Part shown: one piece after another, positions 40,193 through 53,242 of the stretch
How positions within the stretch are numbered: position 1 is the stretch's first letter
Layout: every line of letters begins with the position of its first letter
Assembly: GCF_006345805.1 (NCBI RefSeq)
Contig: NC_042997.1
Location: forward strand, 195,300,001-195,364,000
Source of the DNA: Octopus sinensis
Taxonomy: Eukaryota
Length of the DNA: 64,000 nucleotides
Reading direction: 5' to 3'
The notes under the pieces: model-generated
Database searches by the model: none
Told to the model about the DNA's origin: nothing
What the model saw: only the letters and a program-made list of their open reading frames with translations
Translations under genes and position numbers: made by a program

Positions 40193-41015
40193 GAATCGTT
40201 TCGGTTTGAACGGCAGTTTTTTTCTAGCGGTGTCATATGAAATTGTCACCCATAATTATGACCCTAGTATCGATCCATTGCATTTCAATCTGTTTTAGGG
40301 TTAGGGTGGGTGGTGGGAGGAAGGGTATCTCTTTTTTTCTTCAGAAATGTAAATGGCGCAGGAGTGGCTGTGTGGTAAGTAGCTTGCTAACCAACCACAT
40401 GGTTCCGGGTTCAGTCCCACTGCGTAGCATCTTGGGCAAGTGTCTTCTGCTATAGCCCCGGGCCGACCAATGCCTTGTGAGTGGATTTGGTAGATGGAAA
40501 CTGAAAGAAGCCTGTCGTATATATGTATATATATAAAAGTATGTGTGTATGTGTTAGTGTGTCTGTGTTTGTCCCCCTAGCATTGCTTGACAACCGATGC
40601 TGGTGTGTTTACGTCCCCGTCACTTAGCGGTTCGGCAAAAGAGACCAATAGAATAAGTACTGGGCTTACAAAGAATAAGTCCCGGGGTCGATTTGCTCGA
40701 CTAAAAGGCGGTGCTCCAGCATGGCCGTAGTCAAATGACGAAACAAGTAAAAGAGTAAACCCAATCTGTTTCTTAAACGGGGGACATATTCATACGGCAC
40801 AGAATGTTTTCACCTCAATAGACGTCATTGATTGCTTGAAATTGCAAAAATTGAAGAAAAAACAACTACAAATATCTTACAATCTATAGAATTTTCTCAA
40901 TAAAGCCAAGAGAAAAAGATGTTTTATAAACACATTCTACCAGTATACGAAGTTTAAAAGTGTTTAGTTACGTGGAAATTATTAAAAAAAACTGCCGTTC
41001 AAACCGAAAAGATCC
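40193..41015 (+). mobile_element. GGATC-TIR MITE copy C with perfect 8-bp TSD and nested CORE-type SINE (40355-40759)
   Basis: taattaat at 40185-40192 and 41016-41023. Confidence 0.9.
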
Positions 41016-41163
41016 TAATTAATTAATTAATTACATTCGTTTCATGATAAAAATAGAGAACAAATTGTGTGTATTATATAATATATCGTCTGTAAATCCT
41101 AAATCCGAAAAAGAAGTACAAAGCTATAGAGCAGTAGAGTATATAGATATGGCCGGTCTATGG

Positions 41164-41220
41164 GGTTACCCTGAATTTCACGTCCATAAAGCGCTTAGCT
41201 TTACAGTGTCTCTTCAGACC
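41164..41220 (-). ncRNA. Degenerate type I hammerhead-like motif
   Basis: Minus strand GGU-CUGAAGA-(hairpin taaagc/gcttta)-GAAAU-ucagg-GUA-ACC; base of stem II and stem III imperfect. Confidence 0.35.
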
Positions 41221-41576
41221 TTAGGCCTATGGCTTCCCTAGAAAAGAGAGGCCACTTGCTAGAGAGGTCATAGGCCTAAGGTCTGAAGAAATTAGGGCTC
41301 GCAAAAAACCGATAATTCCCAAAACCGAGTTCAAGTATAAGTAATTCTCAAAACCGGTTAAAAACTGGTTTCCGCGGGTACTAGCTAGTCGTGACTAGTC
41401 GATCCTTATTTTGTGTTTTATTTACTTTGTTTAAAAAAAATTATTTACTTTGTGTAAAAAAATTATTTATTTTGTGTTTTATTTACTTTGCTAGGTAGTC
41501 GTTGTAGGACCGACTAGTCACGACTAGCTTGCGCAGATGCGCGAATACGCGAGTGCGCGCACCGGGATCACTCTTC

Positions 41577-42320
41577 TTAAATAGTACCCGAATTCTTTAG
41601 AGATTTCAAATCCATTTGTTACCATCTTGGGCTCTTCAGACAGGATCAGGGCGTACAAAGGAGCCATGGCAAAATTAAAGATCATCATAGAGAATGATGC
41701 AAATGGGATCTGTCTGCCATACAGGAGCAAATCATGGAATAGCATAAAAAGAACTAAGATGAAGATAGTTAAAGCCAACTCATGGTATGACAACCAAAAA
41801 ATACCAGAGTGTTATGTTTGTCGATGCTATTCCTGGAGGCGAACTAGTGTATCATTTTAGAAAAGCCTCAGGTAAAATGAATCTACGGATTAAAGTTGTA
41901 CAAAGGCCAGGAACTCTCTTAAAATCCCTGATCTGTAGAACATATTCATTTGAAAGAACCCTCTGTATGAATAGGAACTGTATAGTGTGTAGAGAAAGCC
42001 CACGGGTAAACTGTAAAACTAAGAATGTAGTCTATAATATAAGGTTTAGAGAGGGAGGGTGCAGAAAAAAGACAACGACGTACATTGAAGAAACAGTTCA
42101 TAGCGTAAGTGAGAGGATAGGGGAGCACTGGCGGGAACACAAGGAGGAAATAAGCTCGTCAGTGCTATACCAACATGCTAAATTAGAACACGGGGGCACG
42201 GTAGATAACACAGTCGTTAGGATCTTGTCGACACATGGGAACAGACACAACACTCAGAAAGATTACAGAAGCTTCACACAGAATAGAAAAATGACCGTGC
42301 CTCAACAGAAAACGTGAATA
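41577..42320 (+). mobile_element. Penelope-like retroelement 3' remnant: linker plus GIY-YIG endonuclease (Neptune-like Cys-rich linker)
   Basis: YRSKSW..WY..SVMFVDAIPG..IKVVQRPG..C...C..C....C..KNVVYNI..YIEET..ERIGEH; frameshift near 41790. Confidence 0.85.
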
Positions 42321-43020
42321 GAGTTATAACACCCTCATTTCACCACACATAAAAGACACGGGTACAAACAGTGTAATATAGAAACCCGGGTACACACACA
42401 CAAGATACACATACACATACTAAACGCATAGACACATACAGAGATACAGATGTAAAAGCAAGTCTACAGGTTCAATTCTGATTTATAAATACTTATTTCT
42501 TTACTACCCACAAGGGGCTAAACACAGAGAGGACAAACAAGGACAGACAAACGGATTAAGTCGATTACATCGACCCCAGTGCGTAACTGGTACTTAATTT
42601 ATCGACCCCGAAAGGATGAAACGGCAGACGAAGTACGGCTACGCATTTCGCCCGGCGTGCTAACGTCTCTGCCAGTTCGCCGCCTTCTGATCTATAAATA
42701 CTGTTGCTCGCTGTCAATTATTAAATAATTTAGGGCCCAATGCATTGGTTTTCCCGGTGGCCCATAATGCTGTTAGATGGCCGTGAGTGTATGACCTGAG
42801 CGGGAGGATGAGGCACAAGAGATGATGAGTGGAAGAGAGACGGGTGGAACACTAGAGAAGATGAGGACGAGAGCAGAGTAATGCACTAATGAAGATGACA
42901 ATAAGAAACAAGGGTGGGACACTAAGGAAAATGAGAGGAATAGAGGAGGACGAGACACTAGGGACTATACAGAAAGAGAGGTAGGGAGAAAGAGAGGTAG
43001 AGAGAGTGGGAAAGAGAGGG

Positions 43021-43053
<33 letters not shown>

Positions 43054-43587
43054 AACACTGGAGATGATGAACGAAAGAGAGAGGGGTGAGAATAATTAAC
43101 ATTTTGAAAACATCCTTAAGTTTTACAAATGCTTTGGCAATAAAGCATTTCGTCTGCCGTTACGTTCTGAGTTCAAATTCCGCAGAGGTCGACTTTGCCT
43201 TTCATCCCTTCGGGGTCGATTAATTAAGTACCAGTTACGCACTGGGGTTGATATAATCGACTTAATCCGTTTGTCTGTCCTTCGTGCTGCTTTGGGATAA
43301 GATGCCCTTGTTTACCAATTTTTGCGATTGATTAAATCCTTTTCCTCCAGATGAAACCCGTGGAATGGGAACCGATAGTCAGTTCCATCATATTGAGTTC
43401 CTTCTTCAAGGAGAACTTTTTTTTTTATCACGATCAAGCGTTTTTAAAAGAAAAAAAAAACTGTAATTGGTGGGCGGTAACAATTATATTTATCTCCATT
43501 GAAACGATGCTAGAAAAATTGCGCATGTGGGTGTCAAGATAAAAAAGGTGGCAAGCGAGTTAGGAAGCGAAGAGAAACGCTGAGTTA

Positions 43588-43710
43588 ACAAAAAAACAAA
43601 AACAAACAAAAAAAAACAAAAACAAACAAAAAACAAAAACAAACAAAAAAACAAAAACAAACAAAAAACAAACAAAAAAACAAAAAACAAACAAAAAAAA
43701 CAAAAACAAC
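43588..43710. repeat. (CAAAA/CAAA)n microsatellite
   Basis: Direct reading. Confidence 0.95.
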
Positions 43711-44137
43711 AATCTGAAACCAGTCAGAAAAGCGAACACCTATAGATTTTCAACAACAAACGACAAGAGATCCAGCGAAGTTTCGATTCGGCATGATTGC
43801 ATAAAGTTTTAGAGTGGATACATCGCTAAAAATCAGCGGTACTAAGGGGTCCAGCAAATCACCCACCACCACCACCGCCGCCGCCGCCACCACCATCATT
43901 AACAAATCCGTCATGGGTAAAATACTTAACAGCTAGTTCAAGAGCATCCGACGGTGTAGATGTGTTTCTTCGGGTGATAAATAGATGTAACTCCTTAAAA
44001 GAGTTCCGCAATGTATCTTCTCTTTTTGTGTAAAGGTAAACAGCAAATTAAAGGATATAGCTTCATTTATATTAAAGGTCAATGATAAAATAACAGATGT
44101 AAAAAAGAAACGAACATGCAATACAGCGAAAAAAAAT

Positions 44138-44435
44138 ATCCATCCATCCATCCATCCATCCATCCATCCATCCATCCATCATCCATCCATCCATCCATCC
44201 ATCCATCCATCCATCCATCCATCCATCCATCCATCCATCCATCCATCCATCCATCCATCCATCATCCATCCATCCACCATCCATCCATCCACCATCCATC
44301 CATCCATCCATCCATCCATCCACCATCCATCCATCCACCATCCATCCATCCAACCAACCAACCAACCAACCACCAACCAACCAACCAACCAACCAACCAC
44401 CAACCAACCAACCAACCAACCAACCAACCAACCAA
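44138..44435. repeat. Compound (ATCC)n to (AACC)n microsatellite
   Basis: Direct reading. Confidence 0.97.
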
Positions 44436-44816
44436 CGGTATTTCGTCTGTCTTTACGTTTTATGGCGGTGCCCCAGCATGGCCACAGCTCGTGAGCTGAA
44501 ACTAGATGAAAAAAAAAAACCCCACTGAATCTAAGATGCGTGTGGAATTAAAATGGAAGAAGAATTTTATACGGAAACATTTTTGTCAAAAATTAGGGTG
44601 TCGACAATCTCCCTGTCCCACTTGTTATTTTGAAGGCAAATTTAATGCTCGACGTTTCGTTTTATGAACGTATAATAGTGGTGAACAAGTTTGAAAAATG
44701 AAGAAATGAATGTAAACGAAAGAAAATCACTACCTTTAATTATCAGAAACAAAACAAAATTAAACGGTCGCTTGATTTATATGTGAAAGTGAATGAAAGT
44801 GTTGACGGCTAAGTAT

Positions 44817-45217
44817 ATTACTCTTTTACTTGTTTCAGTCATTTGATTGCGGCCATGCTGGAGCACCGCCTTTTTTTTTTAATCGAGCAACTCGACCCCG
44901 GGACTTATTCTTTTGTAAGCCCAGTACTTATTCTATCAGTCTCTTTTGCCGAACCGCTAAGTAACGGGGACATAAACACACCAGCATCGGTTGTCAAGCA
45001 ATGCTAGGGGGACAAACACAGACACACAAACACACCCACGCATATATATATTTACGACGGGCTTCTTTCAGTTTCCGTCTACCAAATCCACTCACAAGGC
45101 TTTGGTCGGCCCGTGGCTATAGTAGAAGACACTTGCCCAAGGTGCCACGCAGTGGGACTGAACCCGGAACCATGTGGTTGGTAAACAAGCTACTTACCAC
45201 ACAGTCACTCCTACGCC
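44817..45217 (-). mobile_element. CORE-type SINE, full length, low divergence
   Basis: Reverse complement of the 13189 family with CpGs retained. Confidence 0.92.
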
Positions 45218-45906
45218 TTTTATCGTTCATTTGTTTTAGTCACTGGATTGTACCCGTGATTGGAACCGTCTTGAACAACTTGGCCCCAGTATTTATTCTA
45301 TGAGTCTCTTTTGCTGAAACAGTAGGGTGTAACTGAGGGAAATTTGGCTGTTATTTGTTGCACGTTGAATCGGTTACTGTTATATGTATGTGTGTGTGTT
45401 TGTCCCCCCAACATCATTTGACAATCGATGGTGGTGTGTTTATGTCCCCGTAATTTTGCAGTTCGGCAAAAGGGACCGATAGAATAAGTACTAGGCTTCC
45501 AAAGCATAAGTCCTGGGGTCGATTTGCTCGATTAAAGGCGGTACTCCAGCATGGCCACAGTCACATGACTGAAAGAAGTAAAAGAGTATAAAAGTAATAG
45601 TCGAGAATATTCACGAGTAGCCACGACTGTCTGGCGAACGGTTACGGGAAGTTCTGAATAATAGTTTGTGCCATTTTCTCCAGCTTTGATAACGCGCGCG
45701 CACACACACATGCACACGCACACACACAGATAAACACAACCACACACACACACACACAGAGGCACACCTACAGAATTGTGCCTCCTGTCACCGTTGTTTC
45801 TTCGTAAATTTCAGAAAAATGGATGCTTTTTAATTTTATAAATTAGTTTTAAAAAACATAGAGAAACAAAGTCGGTCACATTTGTATAGCTATGTCATAT
45901 ACATTT

Positions 45907-46220
45907 AGGTGCAATGGCCCAGTGGTTAGGGCAGCGGACTTTCGGTTGTAGGATCGCGGTTACGATTCCCAAACCGGGCGTTGTGAGTGTTTATTGAGCG
46001 AAAACACCAAAAGGTCTTTCACCACAACTTTCTCTCACTCTTTCTTCCTGTTTCTGTTATCCATGTATTTCAAAGGGCCAGCCTCGTTACACTCTGTGTC
46101 ACGCTGAATTTCCCCGAGAACTGGAGTGTTCAGCCACTTGCACGTTAATTTCACGAGCAGGCTGTTTCGTTGATCGGATCAACTGGAACCCTCGTCGTCG
46201 TAACCGACGGAGTGCCAACA
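45907..46220 (+). mobile_element. tRNA-derived SINE, third family
   Basis: tggcccagtggtt A box, ggttacgattccc B-box-like; tail gatcaactggaaccctcgtcgtcgtaaccgacggagtgcc also seen inverted at 50860-50900. Confidence 0.8.
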
Positions 46221-46236
46221 ATATGTATGTATGAAC

Positions 46237-46268
<32 letters not shown>

Positions 46269-46861
46269 GGCGAGCTGGCAGACACGTTAGCGCGCCGGGC
46301 GAAATGCTTAGCGGTATTTCGTCTGCTGTAATGTTCTGAGTTCAAATTCCGTCGAGGTCGACTTTGCCTTTCATCCTTTCGGGGTCGATAAATAAAGTAC
46401 CAGTTACGCACTGGGGTCGATATAATCGACTTAATACCTATGTCTGTCCTTGTTTGTCCCCTCTGTGTTTAGCCCCTTGTGGGCAATAAAGAAATAAGTG
46501 CATGTGTGTGTGTGCATGTGCGTGCGGTGTATGTATGAATGTATGTATGTATGTATGTACATGTGCGTGTACGTTAGAATGTATGTACGTGTGAGTCTGT
46601 GCGTATGTATGTTACAGAATTTTCTGGAAAAGAATAAAAGGGTAATAAGTAAAGAGCATAAGAAAACAGATAAATAACAAAAGCTGACCTTAGGTTGTGA
46701 CAGTAGGTTCTTGGTTTGAAACGATCGTGGTAAAATGTCTTTTTTGCCCTCAATACATATGTATGTATATTTGTGTGTCTCTCTGGTCAAGTGTGTTGAC
46801 CAGATAGAAAGGCTAAAATTATAAGAACGAGATTTTTTTTTTGTTTTGACAAAGCCAAAGA

Positions 46862-47679
<818 letters not shown>

Positions 47680-47859
47680 GTGGTGTTGTTTATTATTAAT
47701 TAGTTTGGAGTGATGGCTGTGGTATTGTTGTTTAAGATCTGTTGGGGTCGTCAAGTCGAGTGTTGTAACCAAGAAAGGAAGTAAATATAAGTCTTTATTA
47801 GTAACTTGGTAACTGGCTCCGTTTAGTAGGTTGGTTTGTTTGGCTGTTGTTGTTTGTTT

Positions 47860-48440
47860 GTTGTTGTTTTTTTTTGCATTGGCTAATTAATTCCCATCGG
47901 ACAGCAGCTTGTTGACTTGACTTCGTTTTTAATATTTTTATATTTTTTGGTTCATGTTGTTGGTGGTGGCGATAGTGTTTGTTTGTTTCTTGTAATTGTG
48001 GTAAGGTGGGAAGTGGTGCTAGTGGCGATGGTGTTAGAAGTGCTGCTGCTGTTGATGTTGTTGCTGGTGGTTCTGGTGGTGGTGGTGGTAGATGTGTTGT
48101 GATAGTGGTAGATATATTGTTGGCAGTGTTACTGTTGATGATGATGATGTTCGTAGTGGTGATGGTGGTAGGAGTGTTGTTGTTGTTGTGGTGGTGGTGG
48201 TAGAGGTGTCGCTGTTGGTGTTGTTGTCGTTGTTGTTGATGGTGGTGGTGGTGGTAGTAGTAGTGATGATGGTGGCGGTGGTGTTGGTGGTGATTGTAGT
48301 GGTGCGGGTGGTAATGGAGGTGGTGGTGTTGCTGGTGGTAGTGGCGGTTGTAGAGGTGTTGAGATGGTGTTGATGTTGTTTTGGTGGTAGTATTAGTAGA
48401 TGCGATGATGGTTGTAATGTTGGTGTTGTTGGTGTATGCT
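47860..48440. repeat. Degenerate (GTG/GTT/GTA)n triplet tract
   Basis: Direct reading; strand mirror of the 46862-47678 composition. Confidence 0.9.
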
Positions 48441-48545
48441 TAATTTGACAGACGTTAAGGAATAGGAGAGATGTAAGGAAAGAACGTGCGAGTGACGACT
48501 ATAATTCTCTTTTTTGGTGAAATATTGCATCCTGCTGTTTATATA

Positions 48546-48606
<61 letters not shown>

Positions 48607-48697
48607 AATGGTAAGACAACAAAAGAATGAAAGAGACCTCGATATTATGTAAATAGAGGAATTTATCTGTAAAAATATATGTGACAATTATTCGGTA

Positions 48698-48768
48698 GCC
48701 ATGATAAAACTCCGAGTTTCGGATGTCGGGGCGGAAACCCACGCCGGCATCTCTTCAGTTATCGGGCC
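48698..48768 (-). ncRNA. Type I hammerhead ribozyme, core intact
   Basis: Stem I GAUAA/UUAUC, CUGAAGA, stem II GAUG...CAUC, GAAA, stem III ACU-cgg-AGU, GUU cleavage triplet. Confidence 0.75.
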
Positions 48769-48817
48769 ATCGAAAAAGATGCTCTCTAATCATTTATTGT
48801 TGCTCATTTTTCCGATG

Positions 48818-48887
48818 GCCGGATAACTGAAGAGATGCCGGCGTGGGTTTCCGCCCCGACATCCGAAACTCGGAGTTCTATCATGGC
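48818..48887 (+). ncRNA. Type I hammerhead ribozyme with one mismatch at the base of stem I
   Basis: CUGAAGA 48827-48833, GAAAC 48865-48869, GUU 48875-48877; stem I GAUAA/CUAUC. Confidence 0.65.
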
Positions 48888-48952
48888 TACCGAATAATTG
48901 TCACACATTATATTTACAGATATATATAATATATATATATATTATATATATA

Positions 48953-48987
<35 letters not shown>

Positions 48988-48992
48988 GATAC

Positions 48993-49056
<64 letters not shown>

Positions 49057-49097
49057 TGGAGTTAGTTGGTTTCTTAGATAGATAGACAGGTATATAC

Positions 49098-49740
49098 AGA
49101 GCTGGGCGTATGTCCTTTTATCCGTTAATCGTTAATTAACGAAGTTAGCATTTTCGTTAACGATTTAACTTTTAAGTTAAGTTTGAAAATCATTATCGAA
49201 CTAATTAACTTCCGTTACATTTAGTTTCCGTGAGTTCAAGTCCGTTAACGCCAAAAATTCATAAAAACCGGTAAACGTTTAAAAGTTTCTATTGTTTTCA
49301 GATTGCCTTGGCATATTTAATATTGTATGCGTCATTCTTTCAACTTCAATATAACGCCACTTATTATAAATAACCTGTAGGACCTCGCTTGGCAATGCCT
49401 GGATTTGAAACCAAATCCATCCGCTGCTTGCTTGCAAAGACAGCGGGAAATTTCTTTGTCCTGTCAAGAGTGATTGATTGATGTGTTCCAGTGATTGATG
49501 TGTTTCCACTTGATCCGTGACCTCGCTGAGGTGGATGTCAAAAGAGAAAATATTGACTTCCATAGAATGGAAAAATAAATGGAAGGAAAAAAGTTGGTAA
49601 ATATTTCGGTATGAACGCAAACAGCTGTTACGTAGTAGCAGGGCATGCTAGGAATAGCAGCCAAATCTTTACTTTTCTGGAAAAAGGACCGTTTACGCAT
49701 GATTTCGAAGTCACATTCGTTGAAACCATGCAAAATAACC
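49098..49740. mobile_element. Possible hAT-type remnant
   Basis: cagagctgggc start with clustered gttaac motifs; minus-strand IWLLFLACPATT*QLF weakly resembles the hAT dimerisation motif. Confidence 0.25.
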
Positions 49741-51219
49741 TGGAAAAGAAAAAAAGAAAGACCCGCGAAACAAAACTCCTTTGGTTTGGTGGGAAGCTTC
49801 GAGGTCCCCTCGACCCTCCCAGCTTTTTTTTTTAGGAAAAAAGTGGCTTGCGGCGGGTTTGAATGTGCCAGGAAAAAAAAAAACTGTGGTAAAAAATTAT
49901 TCCACACCGAAATACGGAATATTTACCGAAATAATATAATCTTGTACCGATTATACGTGTATTTTAATTAATTCAAATTAATGCACCTCATCTTGAAAAG
50001 TCGCAAAATTTTTGTCGGTTGCCATCTGGGATAATTTTAGTAACAAATCAAACAGGTAAGATGCATTAAGAATTTCAATTTTAGTGTTTATACATAATGT
50101 TATTGGTTTTACATCTGGTAATGAAATTTACCTGCGAATTTAATCGACCCCGAAAGGATGAACGGCAAAGTCGACCTCGGCGGAATTTGAACTCAGAACG
50201 TAGCGGCAGACGAAATACAATTTCTTTACTACCCACAGAGAGGACAAACAAGGACAGACAAACAGATTAAGTCGATTACATCGACACCAGTGCGTAACTG
50301 GTACTTAATTTATCGACCCCGAAAGGATGAAAGGCAAAGTCGACCTCAGCGGAATTTGAACTCAGAACGTAACGGTAGACGAAATACGGCTACGCATTTC
50401 GCCCTGTGTGCTAACGTTTCTGCCAGCTCGCCACCTTATATGAAGATAAATATGTCACAGAAATTGGAGTTAACTGATAAATTAAAATAATATGAGTTAA
50501 TAATACATAGACTGTAAAATTTACGCGTTTAAAAAAGAAAACATGAAAACAATCTCTTTCTTATATACTCGAAAGCCAAATTGCAATATGATGGTGGCAC
50601 GTCTATCATGTACACAAAAGACATGAGTTCGCATTCCACATGTACCTTCGAATATTTTAACTATCAAAGGGGTTTTCTTTTAACCCAATATTCTACACGC
50701 TATTATTCATAGTTCTATTTACTTCGAGCTCCACCCCTAAAAATGATTGGTTGCAATCGCGATAATTGTCTTTAAAATCCTAAATGTGGATTTGTTATGT
50801 GTAATGGAAAACACATGAATGTTGGGTAAGGTAAAAACATAGAAACTGTGTATAACTGGCCCTCCGTCAGTTACAACGAGGAGGTTTCCAGTTGATCCGA
50901 TTAACAGAACAGTCTGCTTGTGAAATTAATGTGCAAGTGGCTGAGCATTCTACAGACACGCGTACCTTTCAGGTAGTTTTCAGGGAGATTCAGTGTGACA
51001 AATAATGTGACAAGGCTGGCCCTTTGAAATACAGGTGTAACTCATTTTTGTCAGCTGAATGGACTGGAGCGACCTTAAATATAGTGCCTTACTCAGGGAC
51101 ACAACGCATCGTCGGGTATCGAACTCACGACATTACAGCCGTGAACTGAATACCCCTAACAGCTAAGCCACGCGCCTTCATGAGCTGTGTAAATGGGGTT
51201 GTGTTCAACAGAGATTTAG

Positions 51220-51550
51220 TGGTGCTATGTAAGAAATCTCGAGTAGAAAATGCATGTGAAACTTATGGAAAACGTAAGGGAGTTAATGCTAAGATGAATG
51301 ATGGCTGGATGTAGCAGGTTAGGAAAAAACCCCACCAAAAACGTGGCAGTGTGAACAAGAAAACTTGTGGTGAATCATTAGATGCAGACACTTCATAGAT
51401 TGAGTCGTTCAGAAAACTTATCAATGAAATTATTAGATCTGAGGACCTAGCTTTGTCATAGTCCTGCAATGCCAATGAAACTGGTGTGTTCTAGCGTGTG
51501 GCTCTTGAAAATATTTTGGTCAATTAACATGAAAAACCTCACTCTTAAGT
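51220..51550 (+). mobile_element. pogo/Tigger transposase fragment
   Basis: DGW..., KTCGESLDAD..IESFRKLINEII..EDL....NANETGVF. Confidence 0.8.
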
Positions 51551-51779
51551 TGCAAGTATAATAAAGTGAGAACTTCTGCTTTATTAGAAGCGAATGCACT
51601 CTTAAATATAATATAAATCAATTAACTCAAAAAATGTGTGGCTTATCTCAGAAATGTTTTCGGGCGGTTCTTCAACTATTTTTGTCTATGAGGAGAGGCG
51701 TTTCCAGAACGATATTCTGAAAATTTATTCTCATATTTTAATGATGCTGCTGTGCTGTTGCTGTTTGTTTGTTTGTTGA

Positions 51780-52128
51780 GCGAAGCGGTCTTCGTCCCAG
51801 AGTGAAAGAAGTCCGAAACGTGGTCCTTTGCGATTCGTATGACCCGCAGAAGAGAAAGCAGGTCAACCCCCGACACCATCGACGGATGGATGAATGCGCA
51901 TCCAGGCTCAGCGGTTGCGTAGGAAGTCGGGGACAAGAAACAGGAAGAAAGAGTGAGAGAAAGTTGGAGCGAAAGAGTACAACAGGGGTCGCCACCACCC
52001 CCTACCGGAGCCTCGTGGAGCTTTAGGTGTTTTCGCTCAATAAATACACACAACGCCCGGTCTGGGAATTGAAACCGCGATCCTCAGACCGCGAGTCCGC
52101 TGCCCTAACCATTGGGCCATTGCGCCTC
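51780..52128 (-). mobile_element. tRNA-derived SINE, third family
   Basis: Minus strand ggcgcaatggcccaatggttagggcagcgg...ggtttcaattccc. Confidence 0.8.
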
Positions 52129-52199
52129 CAGTAATGCTACTGCATTCTTATTTTTCCAAATGCCGAGAAGTTACGAGAAATGGTAGAATTAAATAGCAT

Positions 52200-52790
52200 T
52201 TTTTTCTTCTCTCCTCCTCAGGGAACTCTGAGACCTTTGAAATAATTCGTCTTGCTTCGGACGAAGATTCTTTAATTCGAACACATATCTTTGAGTGGCA
52301 GGCATTTTAAGACGTGTGGATTAAGATGATGCGCGTTCAGGATGTCCAGTTAACTGCAAACCGTAAGAAAATGTGTCGAAAATCCGTGAACTCATCTCTG
52401 AGGACAATCACCAAATAATTCGTCAACCTTGTCAGTTTTTTTCTCTCACATAACGGGGATCAGCTTTGGCGTCTGGCTGGCGATTAAAAAAAAATTATGG
52501 AAAACTTTCAGGACAACAAAGTTTTTGATAATGAGCAAAGGTGGTCGTTCCACACCTTCGTACTCGCCTGACCTATCTCTCCGTGACTACCCACAACGAA
52601 ATTTCAGCTTAAAGGGCGCCGCTTCGAGACGGCATATAAAATTCAAACGGAACCACAGGCGGTATTGAACAGTGTTCAAGGAGAGGACTTCCGTTTTTAA
52701 GGAGTGAATGACACTGTGTACATTCCAAAGAGGACTATTTTGAAGAGGATGGTTCCTGAATATAAATAATAAATGAAATACACTATTTTC
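52200..52790 (+). mobile_element. Internally deleted mariner remnant
   Basis: DDARSGCP..ENVSKIRELISED and PSYSPDLS...GRRF...DYFEED. Confidence 0.8.
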
Positions 52791-53013
52791 TAGAGCACTG
52801 GTGTAGATTTTTAGGCTTGGTCCGGGTACATTGTGATGCCACTTCGCCTGCAGGTTTATATATGTGGATGTATACATCTCTCTCCCACGTCTCAACCAAC
52901 AGCAACTCTCTGCTTGAGTGGTCCATGGTGTCCCGAAATAACTAACTAAAAGACTTTTCTAGGTGGTGCTATTAAGTCAGTCATGGCCTGGGCCGAAAAA
53001 GCCGAAACCAATC

Positions 53014-53049
<36 letters not shown>

Positions 53050-53134
53050 CACACACACCACATATATATATATGTGTATATATATAGTATGTTATATGTA
53101 TGTATATAGCATATATATATATGTGTCTATATAT

Positions 53135-53242
<108 letters not shown>

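Larger units (their letters stand above)
48605..48922. mobile_element. Fold-back non-autonomous element made of two inverted hammerhead-containing arms (Penelope pLTR-like)
   Basis: ~98-bp arms 48680-48777 and 48807-48905, flanked by (TA)n/(GA)n; family also at 28110 and 63149. Confidence 0.85.

Noticed and set aside
45907-45985. tRNA gene (also heads at 22290-22357, 52050-52128, 61925-61991)
   Set aside because: Imperfect cloverleaf, no proper acceptor stem or oligo-T terminator, and it continues into a SINE body.
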